From positions 1 through 52,508 of the IMG/VR virus record IMGVR_UViG_3300036820_000468: a DNA stretch of 52,508 nucleotides; one strand, written 5' to 3'. This document shows positions 27,435-37,061 of the stretch, in pieces. A program made the translations under genes and the position numbers. Every line of letters starts with the position of its first letter. Position 1 is the stretch's first letter. The notes beneath the pieces were generated by a model. The model saw only the letters and a program-made list of their open reading frames with translations, ran no database searches and was not told the DNA's origin. The DNA comes from a virus (lineage: Duplodnaviria > Caudoviricetes).

Positions 27435-29837
27435 ATGCCCCGCACCCACCGTGAAATGGACAGAGTCTTCGCCGAGGTTTTTAATGAGTTGCTCCGTCAG
27501 AACCGGTTGCGCGATTGCAGGGCGCTGATGATCGTCGGGGAAGCGCCTGGTGCCGAGGAAGATCACTACGGCCGCCCGTTCATCGGTAAGGCCGGACAGA
27601 TACTCGCAACGCTCCTAACCGAGAACGGATTCAAACGTGAAGAAATCTATATCACCAACGCGGCCAAATGCCGCCCGCCGAAAAACCGCGACCCCAAAGC
27701 CGCCGAAATCAAAGCGTGCCGCCAGTACCTCAAAGCCGAGATCGAAGCCGTGCAGCCACGCCTTATCGTTTCGCTTGGTAATAACGCCCTCAAAAGTCTC
27801 ACTGGCGAGACAGGGATCTCCAAGCACCGAGGCAGTGTGCTCCCATTGCTTCCGCACTTTGAAGCAAGCGATTGCGGTGTTTTTGTTGCAACTCACCCTG
27901 CGGCAGCGCTTCACTACCCCCATTTCATTGAACAGATCCGAGATGACTTAGGGCTGCTGCGCAAGACGTTCTACGGCGAGTTTGTCACGATCGAGACGCC
28001 GTGGTCGCCCGACCCATGGCCCGATGGCGTACCCAACGGTTATGATGGCTCGCAGATGTGGTCGTTCGACCTTGAAACCAACGCCAGTGAAACACGCGAT
28101 CCGTTCGCAAAGGTCTACCTCTGCGGAATCGACGACGGCCGCAGCATCAAAATGCGTGACGACGCCTTCGGAACGGCAGTTCTCCTTAGGGGCCATACAC
28201 AGCGACTCGTCGGCCACAACAGCTCGCGCTTCGACCGTCTGCATCTGCGTAAGGCAACCGGCATCGACATCAAGTGCGACGACACGATGCTGATGGGCTG
28301 GCTCCTCCACGAAGAATGGGGACCGGCAAAGCGGCTCAACCTCGAATCGCTGTGCGTCGGCGAACTCGGTGTCGAACCGTGGAAGCGCGACGTTACCTGG
28401 GACTGGCGCAAGCCGACGACGATCCCCTGGGACGAGGCCAAGGCCTACTGCGCGCACGACACGCGGCTTACGCGAATGCTCGCCCAGCGCCTGATTCCGC
28501 AACTGCAGGAACAGGAGCTTTATACGTTTTATGATCGGCTGTTGTTGCCGGCGTCGCGCGCACTGGCTGACATGGAAGAGCGCGGCCTGGTCGTCATCGA
28601 CGTAAACGTACGCGCCGCTCGAGCCTTCTACGAAGAGAAAACCGCACGATTTCTCAACGAGGTCAAGCAAGTCGCTGCCAACTACGGACTCGAATCGTTC
28701 AATCCGGGCAGCACGAAGCAAGTCGGTCAACTGCTCTTCGATAAGCTAGGCTACTTCGCCGAAGAGTTCACGCCCACAGGTGCTGCGTCGACTAACGTCG
28801 GCGTCATCAAGACGCTACGCGAGAACCTCGGCGACGAGGCCAGCCCCGTGCTCGACGCGACGCTGCGTTACCGCAAGTGCCGCAACAAAATGCTGGGTAC
28901 CTATATCGCTCACTACGAAAACGAGCGCGACTACTTCGGCCGCTGGTACCCGTGGTATTCACTCACGCAGACCGCCACAGGCCGCACATCGGGGAGCGCG
29001 CAGCAGATTCCGCGTGGCGACACCGAACTGGTTGATCCAGGCGAGCATCCGATGATCCGGCGCTGCGTGGGCGGCGAGCCGGGTGAAGTCATCCTCGACA
29101 TCGATTTTGCGCAGCTCGAGATGCGGGTCGCCGCATCGAGGTACGTCTTTGACGAGCCCAACCTGCGCGCGGCCTTCGAACAGAACCTCGACGTGCATCT
29201 GCTGCTTGCATCGACGATCACAGGCAAACCGCTCGAGCATGTCACCAAAACCGAACGCCAAAACGCCAAGCCGCCAAACTTTCTGTTCCTATACGGCGGC
29301 GAGGAGGATATGTACCGGCGCACGCTGCTCGAAGACCAGGACATCGTCAAGAGCTGGGCGCAGGCCAACCACGAACGCAACGCGTTCTTTGCGCGCTGGT
29401 CGGGACTGCCCGCCGGGCACGTGCGCGTGATCGCCGAGCTGCAGGCCGCTGGCCGAGTGCGAACGCTCTTCGGAACGCTGCGCCGGCTGCCCAACGTCTA
29501 TTCCGAGGAGCGCAAGGTCCGGGTCGAATCGTTCCGCCAGGCCGTCAACGCCAAGGTCCAGACGCCCGCCTGCCACATGGCGCTCATCGGATTGGTCCTG
29601 CTGACCGCTGCGGGCTTCAAGGTGCGTTCGTTTCAGCACGACGCATACTTAGTCGGGATCGAGGACTCCGAGGCCGTCGTGCGCCGCGCAGCGGCCCAAA
29701 TCAAGGAGCTTTTGGAACGGGGCGTGCCTGAGGTCATGGCCTCGACCTTTGGGATCGACTGGGACGTGCCGCTCAAGGTCGACATGAAATGCGGAACGGC
29801 CTGGACGGAAAATGACCGTGGTCACTGGTTGACATAA
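27435..29837 (+). CDS. Family A DNA polymerase with N-terminal family-4 uracil-DNA glycosylase domain
   Basis: UDG: IVGEAPG, PFIGKAG, KCRPP.NR.P, HPAA; exonuclease: FDLET, GHNSSRFD, YCAHD; polymerase: TATGR, DFAQLEMR, RQNAK..NF..LYG, HD. Confidence 0.93.
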   Translation: MPRTHREMDRVFAEVFNELLRQNRLRDCRALMIVGEAPGAEEDHYGRPFIGKAGQILATLLTENGFKREEIYITNAAKCRPPKNRDPKAAEIKACRQYLKAEIEAVQPRLIVSLGNNALKSLTGETGISKHRGSVLPLLPHFEASDCGVFVATHPAAALHYPHFIEQIRDDLGLLRKTFYGEFVTIETPWSPDPWPDGVPNGYDGSQMWSFDLETNASETRDPFAKVYLCGIDDGRSIKMRDDAFGTAVLLRGHTQRLVGHNSSRFDRLHLRKATGIDIKCDDTMLMGWLLHEEWGPAKRLNLESLCVGELGVEPWKRDVTWDWRKPTTIPWDEAKAYCAHDTRLTRMLAQRLIPQLQEQELYTFYDRLLLPASRALADMEERGLVVIDVNVRAARAFYEEKTARFLNEVKQVAANYGLESFNPGSTKQVGQLLFDKLGYFAEEFTPTGAASTNVGVIKTLRENLGDEASPVLDATLRYRKCRNKMLGTYIAHYENERDYFGRWYPWYSLTQTATGRTSGSAQQIPRGDTELVDPGEHPMIRRCVGGEPGEVILDIDFAQLEMRVAASRYVFDEPNLRAAFEQNLDVHLLLASTITGKPLEHVTKTERQNAKPPNFLFLYGGEEDMYRRTLLEDQDIVKSWAQANHERNAFFARWSGLPAGHVRVIAELQAAGRVRTLFGTLRRLPNVYSEERKVRVESFRQAVNAKVQTPACHMALIGLVLLTAAGFKVRSFQHDAYLVGIEDSEAVVRRAAAQIKELLERGVPEVMASTFGIDWDVPLKVDMKCGTAWTENDRGHWLT

Positions 29838-29857
29838 ATCCGGCAATAGTCTACGAT
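29829..29857 (+). promoter_or_regulatory. Sigma70-type promoter
   Basis: TTGACA-17-TACGAT. Confidence 0.7.
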
Positions 29858-29924
29858 TCCCGACGATGCAACCCTCACCTGTTTCCGACGACGTCCTCCG
29901 CTATTGCGGGGGCACTCCGCTTTT

Positions 29925-30929
29925 ATGAGCGACCGCATGATCGAGCCTATCGCGGTCCACCCGCTCCTCGACACTTCGATGACCAAGCTCGACACGTGGT
30001 CGCGTTGCGATCGCCGCTTTTACTATCGGTACGTGCTCGGGCTCAAACCAATCGCCGTCGATTGGAAGATGCAATGGGGCTCGCTCTGGCATCGCGTCGC
30101 ACAGGTTTTTTACGGAAGACTCAAAGAGGGCGCGCACGTCGATACCGACGCGGCGTTCTTTAGCGCGCAGACCGAAGCCGAGCAGTGCGAATTGATTGAG
30201 AATCAGTTCCATGGCAATAGCGAGATCACGCTCACCGATCAGCAACGTGAAGAACTCTGGCAGACGTTCCTGTACTATATGGATCAGACCGGGCGCCACG
30301 ACGCGTGGGACGAAATAGTCGCCGTCGAGCAGCCCGTCTATTTAACCGTCAACTACGCCGGCACGCCGATTCTGCGCATCCGCTCTACGCTCGATATGCT
30401 CGTTTGGGGGATGCATGAAGGCAAACGCCGTTTGATCCCCGTCGATCACAAGACGACCGGCAACGTGCAGCAGAACCTGCTCTTTTTGGGGCTCGATCTG
30501 CAGGTGCGGATCTACTCGATGAGCGTGGCGGCGATCTACGGCGAGGACCCGCTCATGTGTTACAACATGATCGCCCGTGAGGTCCCGCCGGGCTTCAGGA
30601 CTCGGCCACTCGAGACGGCTTCGGGCAAGAAGCGCAACGCTGCGACGCTTGAATCGATGCAGAACCCACAGCGTTACCTGCGCCGTGCGTGGCTCTCTTA
30701 CACGCCCGAACAGTACGCGAGTTTTCAACGCACGCTCATCCAAGACGCGACGATCTTACAGAAGGAAGCCGCAAGCGGCGTGTGGCCACGGCGCGTCGTT
30801 AAGATGGGGCCGCTTGCGTGCGACGGCTGTCCATACTTCTCGATCTGTACCGCAGAGCTGGGCGGGCGCACGTTTAACGCCGACTCCGCGCTGCTTACCA
30901 TGAGTTTTACAAAGGACCCGCTTGTATGA
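29925..30929 (+). CDS. PD-(D/E)XK Cas4/AddB-like exonuclease
   Basis: C.RRFYYRYV, GSLWH, VE, LD, VDHKT, Q...Y; C-terminal CxxC...C Fe-S ligands. Confidence 0.88.
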   Translation: MSDRMIEPIAVHPLLDTSMTKLDTWSRCDRRFYYRYVLGLKPIAVDWKMQWGSLWHRVAQVFYGRLKEGAHVDTDAAFFSAQTEAEQCELIENQFHGNSEITLTDQQREELWQTFLYYMDQTGRHDAWDEIVAVEQPVYLTVNYAGTPILRIRSTLDMLVWGMHEGKRRLIPVDHKTTGNVQQNLLFLGLDLQVRIYSMSVAAIYGEDPLMCYNMIAREVPPGFRTRPLETASGKKRNAATLESMQNPQRYLRRAWLSYTPEQYASFQRTLIQDATILQKEAASGVWPRRVVKMGPLACDGCPYFSICTAELGGRTFNADSALLTMSFTKDPLV

Positions 30930-31129
30930 ACGATCAAGAAGCCTTAAATGGAATCACCGTAAACATTACCTCCGCCGGGATTCGGGTTGAGTGTGTACAT
31001 AGACTTCGTCCATGGGCGCTCTCCTGGCTCATTAAAATCCTTACTGTGTCGTTGCATATCTTCCGTTACCTCAACATGACTGGGACGGCACTCGCTATCC
31101 CTAGTACGGAACAGGAGAAGCCTCTGTGA
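30926..31129 (+). CDS. Hypothetical protein
   Basis: Coupled at both ends; lower GC. Confidence 0.5.
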   Translation: MNDQEALNGITVNITSAGIRVECVHRLRPWALSWLIKILTVSLHIFRYLNMTGTALAIPSTEQEKPL

Positions 31130-31890
31130 TCGTTTGTCACCTTGATGTCGACGGCGGCGCCGGGTCGATTATCGACCTCGTTCGTGCCGGTCGCGTTGTC
31201 AGCTACGACGCCAACACCTTTGAGAAGGCCGAAAAGATCTATTGGGCACTCGCCAACGGCTCGATTAAGGCCGACCTCGTTGTCGTCGACGCGCTCTCGA
31301 CGTTGCTCACCGCGACGATCCAAGCCATCACGCTCGACGAGATCGGCAAGATCAATCCGGGGGCGGGCCAGACCGTATGGTCGATGCGCAAGAAGTCGCG
31401 TACGCATCAGGATATGTGGAACGTCATCAACTTCAACATGCAGTGGCTCATCACGGTCATCCGCAATCTGCCGATTCCCTCGATCTTTACGGTACACGAA
31501 GCGGAGCGCACGGACCCGACGGCACAGGAAGGCTCGGTCAATGAGGAACGGAATATGCCCAAGCTCACGCCCAAGGTACTCCTGCATCTCATGGCTCTCT
31601 CGGATCTGGTTATGCGAATCTACAAAGCGCCGTTACCGACGACGATCAACGGGCAGACCTACGTACCCGACGTTCCAATCCTGCAACTCGACAACACCGC
31701 CAGTGCGTATACGGGTTTGCGGCTGACACCCGACGCGATGGATACGACCCCACCGTACATCGCACTGCCGAAAGGGACGTGCGGCCTCGGGCTGCTCCAT
31801 CAGGCGCTGGGCCATTTACCCAAAGCGATGACCGTCTACGGCTTTCCAAAGGTCGGCAAGACCGTCTTTAGCACAACGCTTCCTACATAG
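31126..31890 (+). CDS. Sak4/AAA_24-like ATPase, circularly permuted
   Basis: LDVDGG at N-terminus, Walker B LVVVDAL, FTVHE, SDLV; Walker A YGFPKVGKT at the C-terminus; AGGAG RBS. Confidence 0.8.
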   Translation: MIVCHLDVDGGAGSIIDLVRAGRVVSYDANTFEKAEKIYWALANGSIKADLVVVDALSTLLTATIQAITLDEIGKINPGAGQTVWSMRKKSRTHQDMWNVINFNMQWLITVIRNLPIPSIFTVHEAERTDPTAQEGSVNEERNMPKLTPKVLLHLMALSDLVMRIYKAPLPTTINGQTYVPDVPILQLDNTASAYTGLRLTPDAMDTTPPYIALPKGTCGLGLLHQALGHLPKAMTVYGFPKVGKTVFSTTLPT

Positions 31891-31903
31891 AGGTTACTGG
31901 TAT

Positions 31904-32251
31904 ATGGTACCGTTCGTAGAACTCACTTTCACGGCGTTCCAAGAACGCCTTACCGAACTATCATTGCCGCTTTGGAAAGTCGCGCGGCTCTACCAATGGT
32001 ACAAAGTTGATGTTTGCGCGGGGGCGCATAACGCTCGTATAACGCTTAACGATACGCTCTTCCGTGCCGATCAGCGTTGTGAACAGCTTGAGGCGGAGAT
32101 AACGCAGTTACAAGGCGACCTTAGTGAAATACGTGCTGCGGTTCAGGGTTACGACCCGGTGAAAGCGTTCGAGCGTGACAACCCGCCGGTCAAACCTCGA
32201 GTTCGTAAAACCCCCGTACGCAAGGTGCAGAAAAGGAAGCGCAAACGATGA
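31904..32251 (+). CDS. Coiled-coil hypothetical protein
   Basis: GAGG RBS. Confidence 0.6.
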   Translation: MVPFVELTFTAFQERLTELSLPLWKVARLYQWYKVDVCAGAHNARITLNDTLFRADQRCEQLEAEITQLQGDLSEIRAAVQGYDPVKAFERDNPPVKPRVRKTPVRKVQKRKRKR

Positions 32252-32499
32252 ACGATTCCACCGGCCTGGGGCCGAAGATCAAAAGCTACGATGCGGCACG
32301 GCTCGAGGGCGATCAGCAGCCCGACCTGATCGTTCAAGAGATGCCGTTTGGCGACAACACACTTGAGTTCATTCAAGAAGACGAGTCGGTCGGCGAGAAC
32401 GATCCACCCCGTTACATACGCATCTACATCGATGGGCGCAATGTCGCGCAACTCATCGAAATCTTAAACCACTTCAGTAACCGTTACAAGGATAGGTAA
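32248..32499 (+). CDS. Hypothetical protein
   Basis: ATGA coupling. Confidence 0.65.
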   Translation: MNDSTGLGPKIKSYDAARLEGDQQPDLIVQEMPFGDNTLEFIQEDESVGENDPPRYIRIYIDGRNVAQLIEILNHFSNRYKDR

Positions 32500-32500
32500 T

Positions 32501-33112
32501 ATGTATCAGCAACCCAACGAGAGCTGGCGCCTTAGTTCGCTCGCTCGCGGTACGACCCCCGAAGGCGACTACGTCGGCGTCATCAAGTCTATGGAACCCG
32601 GTTCCACGAAAAACGGCGATCCGCAAATCAAGTTCACCGTGGCGCTGCTCGGCCCGTCAACGGGCAAGACGCACACGTGGTGGGTCACCTGCACCCGCGA
32701 AGCGTGCTTCCGATTCTTCGACGATCTCATAAACTTAGGGATCGATCCGGACTTCGATCCGGGACCGCCCGTCGACTCAGCGGGGCAAAACCGCTGGATC
32801 GGGCTCTTCACCCCTGGTCTGCTCAACAAGGCCGTGGGCCTCACGATCACCAAGCGCGGCGATTTCTCGAACACCTCGATGACCAGCTTTGTGCCGCTAG
32901 GCCCTGACGGCCAGCCCGTCGCGATGCCCGGAGCCGTGACTCCTCCGCCGGCACCCGCTACGTCGCCGTTCCTGGCCCCTAGTGCCCCGGCAGCGGCACC
33001 GGTGGTCGCTGCGGCACCCTTCCCGGCTGCGGCCGCTCCTTTGCCTACGCAAGCCGCCCCAGCGGCTGCCGTGAACGTCGGCGCCGCGACCGACCTGTTC
33101 GCACAGGGATAG
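32501..33112 (+). CDS. Putative ssDNA-binding protein (DUF669-like)
   Basis: PEGDY.G.I......TKNGDP.I pattern, flexible Pro/Ala tail ending DLF; follows Sak4-like gene. Confidence 0.6.
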   Translation: MYQQPNESWRLSSLARGTTPEGDYVGVIKSMEPGSTKNGDPQIKFTVALLGPSTGKTHTWWVTCTREACFRFFDDLINLGIDPDFDPGPPVDSAGQNRWIGLFTPGLLNKAVGLTITKRGDFSNTSMTSFVPLGPDGQPVAMPGAVTPPPAPATSPFLAPSAPAAAPVVAAAPFPAAAAPLPTQAAPAAAVNVGAATDLFAQG

Positions 33113-33113
33113 C

Positions 33114-33449
33114 GTGCCCGAGTCGCGCCTTCAGCGCCAAGCGCAAGTCTACGGCGAAGGGCGCGGCGCGTATGCTCTCAATCAGTGGGGGACAGCGCTT
33201 TCGGGCAGCGGTGTCCCCGACAACCTCTGGTGTTACCGTGGGCGGTTTATCGCCTTTGAGTTCAAGCACCAGGGCAAAGACCTCCATGTGATTCCGACCA
33301 TCGACGACGATCGGTTCGTCGAGCGGGCGCAAGCAATGCACCTGCGCCGCGTTCGTAAGGCGGGGGGGATCGCGTATGCTGTCAATACCTTGGGTGCCGT
33401 TATGTGGATACTCAATCTCATCGACCGGGAGATCGACCGTGCCAAGTAA
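33114..33449 (+). CDS. VRR-NUC domain nuclease
   Basis: ES.LQ, GVPD...C.RGRF.AFEFK, Q......AGG.A. Confidence 0.88.
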   Translation: MPESRLQRQAQVYGEGRGAYALNQWGTALSGSGVPDNLWCYRGRFIAFEFKHQGKDLHVIPTIDDDRFVERAQAMHLRRVRKAGGIAYAVNTLGAVMWILNLIDREIDRAK

Positions 33450-33603
33450 GCTACTCTCAGCAAAAGATATGGCCGACCGCCTTGGCATCAACATCGACAC
33501 GCTCTCGCGGCTTCGCAAGGCCGGTCGGATCCGGGGTTATCGTCTTCAGCGCAAGTACCGGTACGATCCCGATGAAGTGCGCGCACAACTCGCCCGAAAG
33601 TAG
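33439..33603 (+). CDS. MerR/excisionase-like HTH DNA-binding protein
   Basis: LLSAKDMADRLGI...L...G.I.GYR..RKYRY. Confidence 0.8.
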   Translation: MPSKLLSAKDMADRLGINIDTLSRLRKAGRIRGYRLQRKYRYDPDEVRAQLARK

Positions 33604-33609
33604 GATCTC

Positions 33610-34992
33610 ATGAACAAGATCGTTTTGCTCGCCGTCGTGCTGCTCACGTTAGGCTCGAGCTGTAACCCGCAGAACCCGCCTCCGACTCCATCGCCTTCGC
33701 CGACGCCTTCCCCTAGCGCGCGGCCGTCGGATGGATCGACGCCGATCCAACACGTCGTCATTATCATCCAGGAGAACCGTAGCATCGATAACCTGTTCCA
33801 GCAGATGCCGGGAATCGACGTCGCCTCAAGCGGTACAAACTCCACTGGCGGCACCGTCGCGTTGGCATCCGTTCCACTCACCGGTCCGTACGACATGAGC
33901 CACAAGCACACGGCGTGGCTGGCCGATTACAGTAAAGGCGCAATGAACGGCTGGGACACCGCAGCGTCGTCGTGTTCGGCCGTCGGCAAGTGCCCGTCAA
34001 AGAACGTGCGCGCCTATGCCTACGTGCCGCAGAGCGAAGTGCAGCCCTATTACACGATGGCCCAGACGTACACGTTTGCCGATAAGATGTTCCAGACGAA
34101 CGAAGGCCCGAGCTTCCCGGCGCATCAGTACCTCGTCAGCGGGACCTCTGCCATCAAGGACGGCGCGAGCCGTTACGCTTCAGAGAATCCAAACGGCGGC
34201 GGCAACCTCGGCCGACAATCAGGCGGCTGCGATTCGCCTGCGAAAGCTACCGTACCGACGATTAACATAACGACCGGCGTCGAGAAGGGTGCCGTATTCC
34301 CGTGCTTCGACCGGCAATCGATTTTCACGCTGCTCGATTCGGCGAGCATCGGCTGGCGCTATTATCAGGCGCAGCAGGGGGCTGGATTATGGAATACGCC
34401 CGATTCTCTCTCGCCGCTCTGTCCGACCACGCCGTGCAACGGCAACCCGGATTTTGCGGCTACGGTTATCTCGCCGCCTGCGCAGTTCCTCACTGACATC
34501 GGGAACGGAACGCTAGCAAGCGTGACGTACATAACGCCGACCGCAGCCGCCTCGGACCACGCCGGCTCGACCGATGGCAGCGGTCCTGCTTGGGTAGCCA
34601 GCGTGGTCGACGCGATCGGGCAATCGCCGTATTGGAACTCGACGGCGATCTTCGTTATCTGGGACGATTGGGGCGGTTGGTTTGACCATGTGAAGCCCCC
34701 GGTTCGAAACGGGTACGAACTTGGCTTTCGCGTTCCGCTCATCGTGATCTCGCCATACGCGCGACTTGGTTACGTCTCGCATACGCAACATGAGTTTGGC
34801 AGCATCCTTCATTTCACTGAGGAGACGTTTGGGTTGCCGTCGCTCGGCACGACGGACTCGCTCGCCGACGATCTGAGCGATTGCTTCGATTACACGCAAT
34901 CGCCGACGCCGTTCGTACCGATCGCGGGAAGCGAACCGATAGCGAAGTGGCGCGCGCAATCGGCTACCGAACCGGTAGATGACGACCGATGA
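33610..34992 (+). CDS. Phosphoesterase (phospholipase C / acid phosphatase family), predicted lipoprotein
   Basis: [49 protein letters not shown]; signal peptide ending GSSC; PT linker. Confidence 0.9.
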   Translation: MNKIVLLAVVLLTLGSSCNPQNPPPTPSPSPTPSPSARPSDGSTPIQHVVIIIQENRSIDNLFQQMPGIDVASSGTNSTGGTVALASVPLTGPYDMSHKHTAWLADYSKGAMNGWDTAASSCSAVGKCPSKNVRAYAYVPQSEVQPYYTMAQTYTFADKMFQTNEGPSFPAHQYLVSGTSAIKDGASRYASENPNGGGNLGRQSGGCDSPAKATVPTINITTGVEKGAVFPCFDRQSIFTLLDSASIGWRYYQAQQGAGLWNTPDSLSPLCPTTPCNGNPDFAATVISPPAQFLTDIGNGTLASVTYITPTAAASDHAGSTDGSGPAWVASVVDAIGQSPYWNSTAIFVIWDDWGGWFDHVKPPVRNGYELGFRVPLIVISPYARLGYVSHTQHEFGSILHFTEETFGLPSLGTTDSLADDLSDCFDYTQSPTPFVPIAGSEPIAKWRAQSATEPVDDDR

Positions 34993-35114
34993 AGGCCATA
35001 CTCGCGATCACCCTGCTGATAGGATTCCTCGAAGGGGGCTGTCAGACACTTCCGCAGGCTTGCGTCACGACGATGGTCGGCTGTAACACCGCGCCTCCGC
35101 CGGTGATCAAGTGA
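34989..35114 (+). CDS. 41-aa putative lipoprotein
   Basis: [22 protein letters not shown]..., coupled at both ends. Confidence 0.55.
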   Translation: MKAILAITLLIGFLEGGCQTLPQACVTTMVGCNTAPPPVIK

Positions 35115-35725
35115 CCGAGTTTGACTTGCAGTTGTTCCGAGGAGCGCCTTGCGAAGCCCGAGAGAAAAGTGCGGGGAATAGCGTTCCAATCACCGCAAAA
35201 GATGCGGCGAATGGCTGGGGCGCACTAGGTGCTCGGGAACTCCAGGAGATTGAGGAGCGCGCTGCAGGAGCGACGGTTGGGCCGTGGGTTGCCGAGATTT
35301 CGCCGGATGGAACCGTAGCGATGGTGGACCACGCCACGTTGCGCTCAGACGAGGCCGACGAGCCTCTAATGATTGCCTCGTGTGACGTTGCTGGGAATCT
35401 CGATAACGATGCAGCTTTCATCGCGGCGGCGGTTCGTACGAAGCCGGACCCACGCAACAGGAGGCTACGAAGGATGAGTGACCTTAAGCCGGAGGCAGCA
35501 CCGCGAGCCGTTGAGGATGTACGGTCTGACCTGTGCTACTTGCCGACTAAGGTAAAGCCAGATGGGGCTCCGTTGTGGGAAGTGCTTTGGCGACCAGAGT
35601 GTATCGCCCCGCTTCTCCTCGAAGCTGAAGCGATTATCAACGCCGACCGTCAGCATATTGCAACGACGTTGGAGCCCCTTATCGCAGTTGGAGTCCCGTA
35701 TCGCAGCGGTCGAGAAGTTGTGTAA
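35111..35725 (+). CDS. Hypothetical protein with Ead/Ea22-like motif, possibly chimeric
   Basis: LQEIEERAAGATVGPW...DAAFIAAA; the 3' part may be frameshifted against 35562..35831. Confidence 0.5.
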   Translation: MTEFDLQLFRGAPCEAREKSAGNSVPITAKDAANGWGALGARELQEIEERAAGATVGPWVAEISPDGTVAMVDHATLRSDEADEPLMIASCDVAGNLDNDAAFIAAAVRTKPDPRNRRLRRMSDLKPEAAPRAVEDVRSDLCYLPTKVKPDGAPLWEVLWRPECIAPLLLEAEAIINADRQHIATTLEPLIAVGVPYRSGREVV

Positions 35726-35827
35726 AGAGCGGGAAACCTACGTTGTGCAGATGTTCGACCCAAAGGGGCCACCGCTGCTAACCGTTGACGAAGTACGCGC
35801 AGCCCTTCTCCGCGAGGGCGATGGAGC

Positions 35828-35992
35828 ATGAAACGATTACTGTGCAGGCTTGTCGGACACAGTTGGGCGTGGGCGGATAGCGTCTACTTTTGGGTTGAGT
35901 GCCGCCGATGCAAAGACTTTCAACGCTATACCGGCCAGCAAAGTGTAACCATCAGCAAGCGCGAGGGCGATGGAAAGGGAGGAACGATATGA
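35828..35992 (+). CDS. DUF1660-like zinc-binding phage protein
   Basis: MKRLLCRLVGHSW...CRRC. Confidence 0.65.
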   Translation: MKRLLCRLVGHSWAWADSVYFWVECRRCKDFQRYTGQQSVTISKREGDGKGGTI

Positions 35993-36153
35993 ATGACGAG
36001 CGATTCCAGAAGGTTCGTTACGCACTGCAGGAGGCTGCGATAGTTGCCGAACAGCACATCACGTACGGTCAGCCGGACAGGCCGAGTTATAAACTAGCAC
36101 GCCTAGTTCTCGACGCATGGAAGTGCTGGCCCACACAGGATGCTCCGCAATGA
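35989..36153 (+). CDS. Hypothetical protein
   Basis: GGAGG RBS before MNDERF. Confidence 0.6.
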   Translation: MNDERFQKVRYALQEAAIVAEQHITYGQPDRPSYKLARLVLDAWKCWPTQDAPQ

Positions 36154-36473
36154 GCGGCGATAACGCTATCGACTCGCTGGAGGAGCGCGCCTTAAAGTTC
36201 GCTCGCGGCTTTGAGTACATCGGCGGCGAGGTACAGCTTGCGATGCAGGCGGCAGGGATGCGGTGCTACATCGAAGGCTACCGTGACCACGAACGAGAGC
36301 AAGAGGCAGGCATTCCGTGTAGCTCTAACGAGGGAGAGTTGCAGAGGCTCCGAGCGATGGAGGGGCGAGCGAAAGCGGCGAGAGCGCTGTACCCTGACGG
36401 CGGTTGTTGCGCCTACGATCTCGACTGCATTCTCAACGGCCCCACCCCCGAAGCGCGTGAGGTGAAGCCGTGA
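36150..36473 (+). CDS. Hypothetical protein
   Basis: ATGA coupling, MSGDNA. Confidence 0.6.
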   Translation: MSGDNAIDSLEERALKFARGFEYIGGEVQLAMQAAGMRCYIEGYRDHEREQEAGIPCSSNEGELQRLRAMEGRAKAARALYPDGGCCAYDLDCILNGPTPEAREVKP

Positions 36474-36610
36474 AGGGTGATACAGACGTAACGGTTTACC
36501 CCAACATGCGGCGCGACCCGCACAACCTTAAGCCGTGGCCGTCGCTTTGGCGCGAACTGCGTTGGCAAGAGCGGTGGGCATGGCGCACAGAAATGGACAA
36601 ACCGGAATGA
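36470..36610 (+). CDS. Small Trp-rich hypothetical protein
   Basis: GAGGTG RBS, GTGA overlap. Confidence 0.45.
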   Translation: MKGDTDVTVYPNMRRDPHNLKPWPSLWRELRWQERWAWRTEMDKPE

Positions 36611-36816
36611 TAAACTACGCTCTGGCTTTTGTGCTGGCGTCTTCTCAGCCGGTGCGGCCGTTAGACGACGTTTTCAGACTGGAAGACTGGAGGCACGACC
36701 CGCCCGTATGCGTCGAGTATTTCCGCCCGTGGCCGCTAAATACGATTCAGGGCCGAAAGGTCGAATGTCACCCTTCAATGCGTATTTACGTCGGCCCCGA
36801 CGATTGGCATGACTAA
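36607..36816 (+). CDS. Hypothetical protein
   Basis: ATGA coupling, MINYALAFVL. Confidence 0.5.
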   Translation: MINYALAFVLASSQPVRPLDDVFRLEDWRHDPPVCVEYFRPWPLNTIQGRKVECHPSMRIYVGPDDWHD

Positions 36817-37061
36817 CGACGAGCAGCAGATCGACGCGCTCGTCGACGTCGCGACTGCCGCGTACGAGAACTGCCCGAGCGGCGGGCATGATTTCGTTTG
36901 CGAAGTTGGGATGAATGCCGCCGTCCGTGCCGTTTTGAACGCTTTGCCTTCCGTTTACGTTTCGGAAGATGCTTCTGATCCGTGATCTTGGCCCAGTCTT
37001 TCGCAAACGGTTGATGGGTACTAAACGCCCACCTCTCCTGAGCTTTTGAAACGAATGGCAT
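36813..37061 (-). CDS. Basic protein with protamine-like Arg-rich tail
   Basis: MPFVSKAQERWAF...LPKRKRK...RRRRARR; the MPF.S.AQ.RW N-terminus is familiar from small phage proteins. Confidence 0.75.
   Translation of the reverse strand: MPFVSKAQERWAFSTHQPFAKDWAKITDQKHLPKRKRKAKRSKRHGRRHSSQLRKRNHARRSGSSRTRQSRRRRARRSAARR

Noticed and set aside
29925-30929. Cas4-like gene as part of a CRISPR system
   Set aside because: No repeat-spacer array or other cas genes; the context is a phage recombination module
33439-33603. Excisionase implying an integrating prophage
   Set aside because: No tyrosine or serine integrase and no host flanks; this HTH family is common without integration
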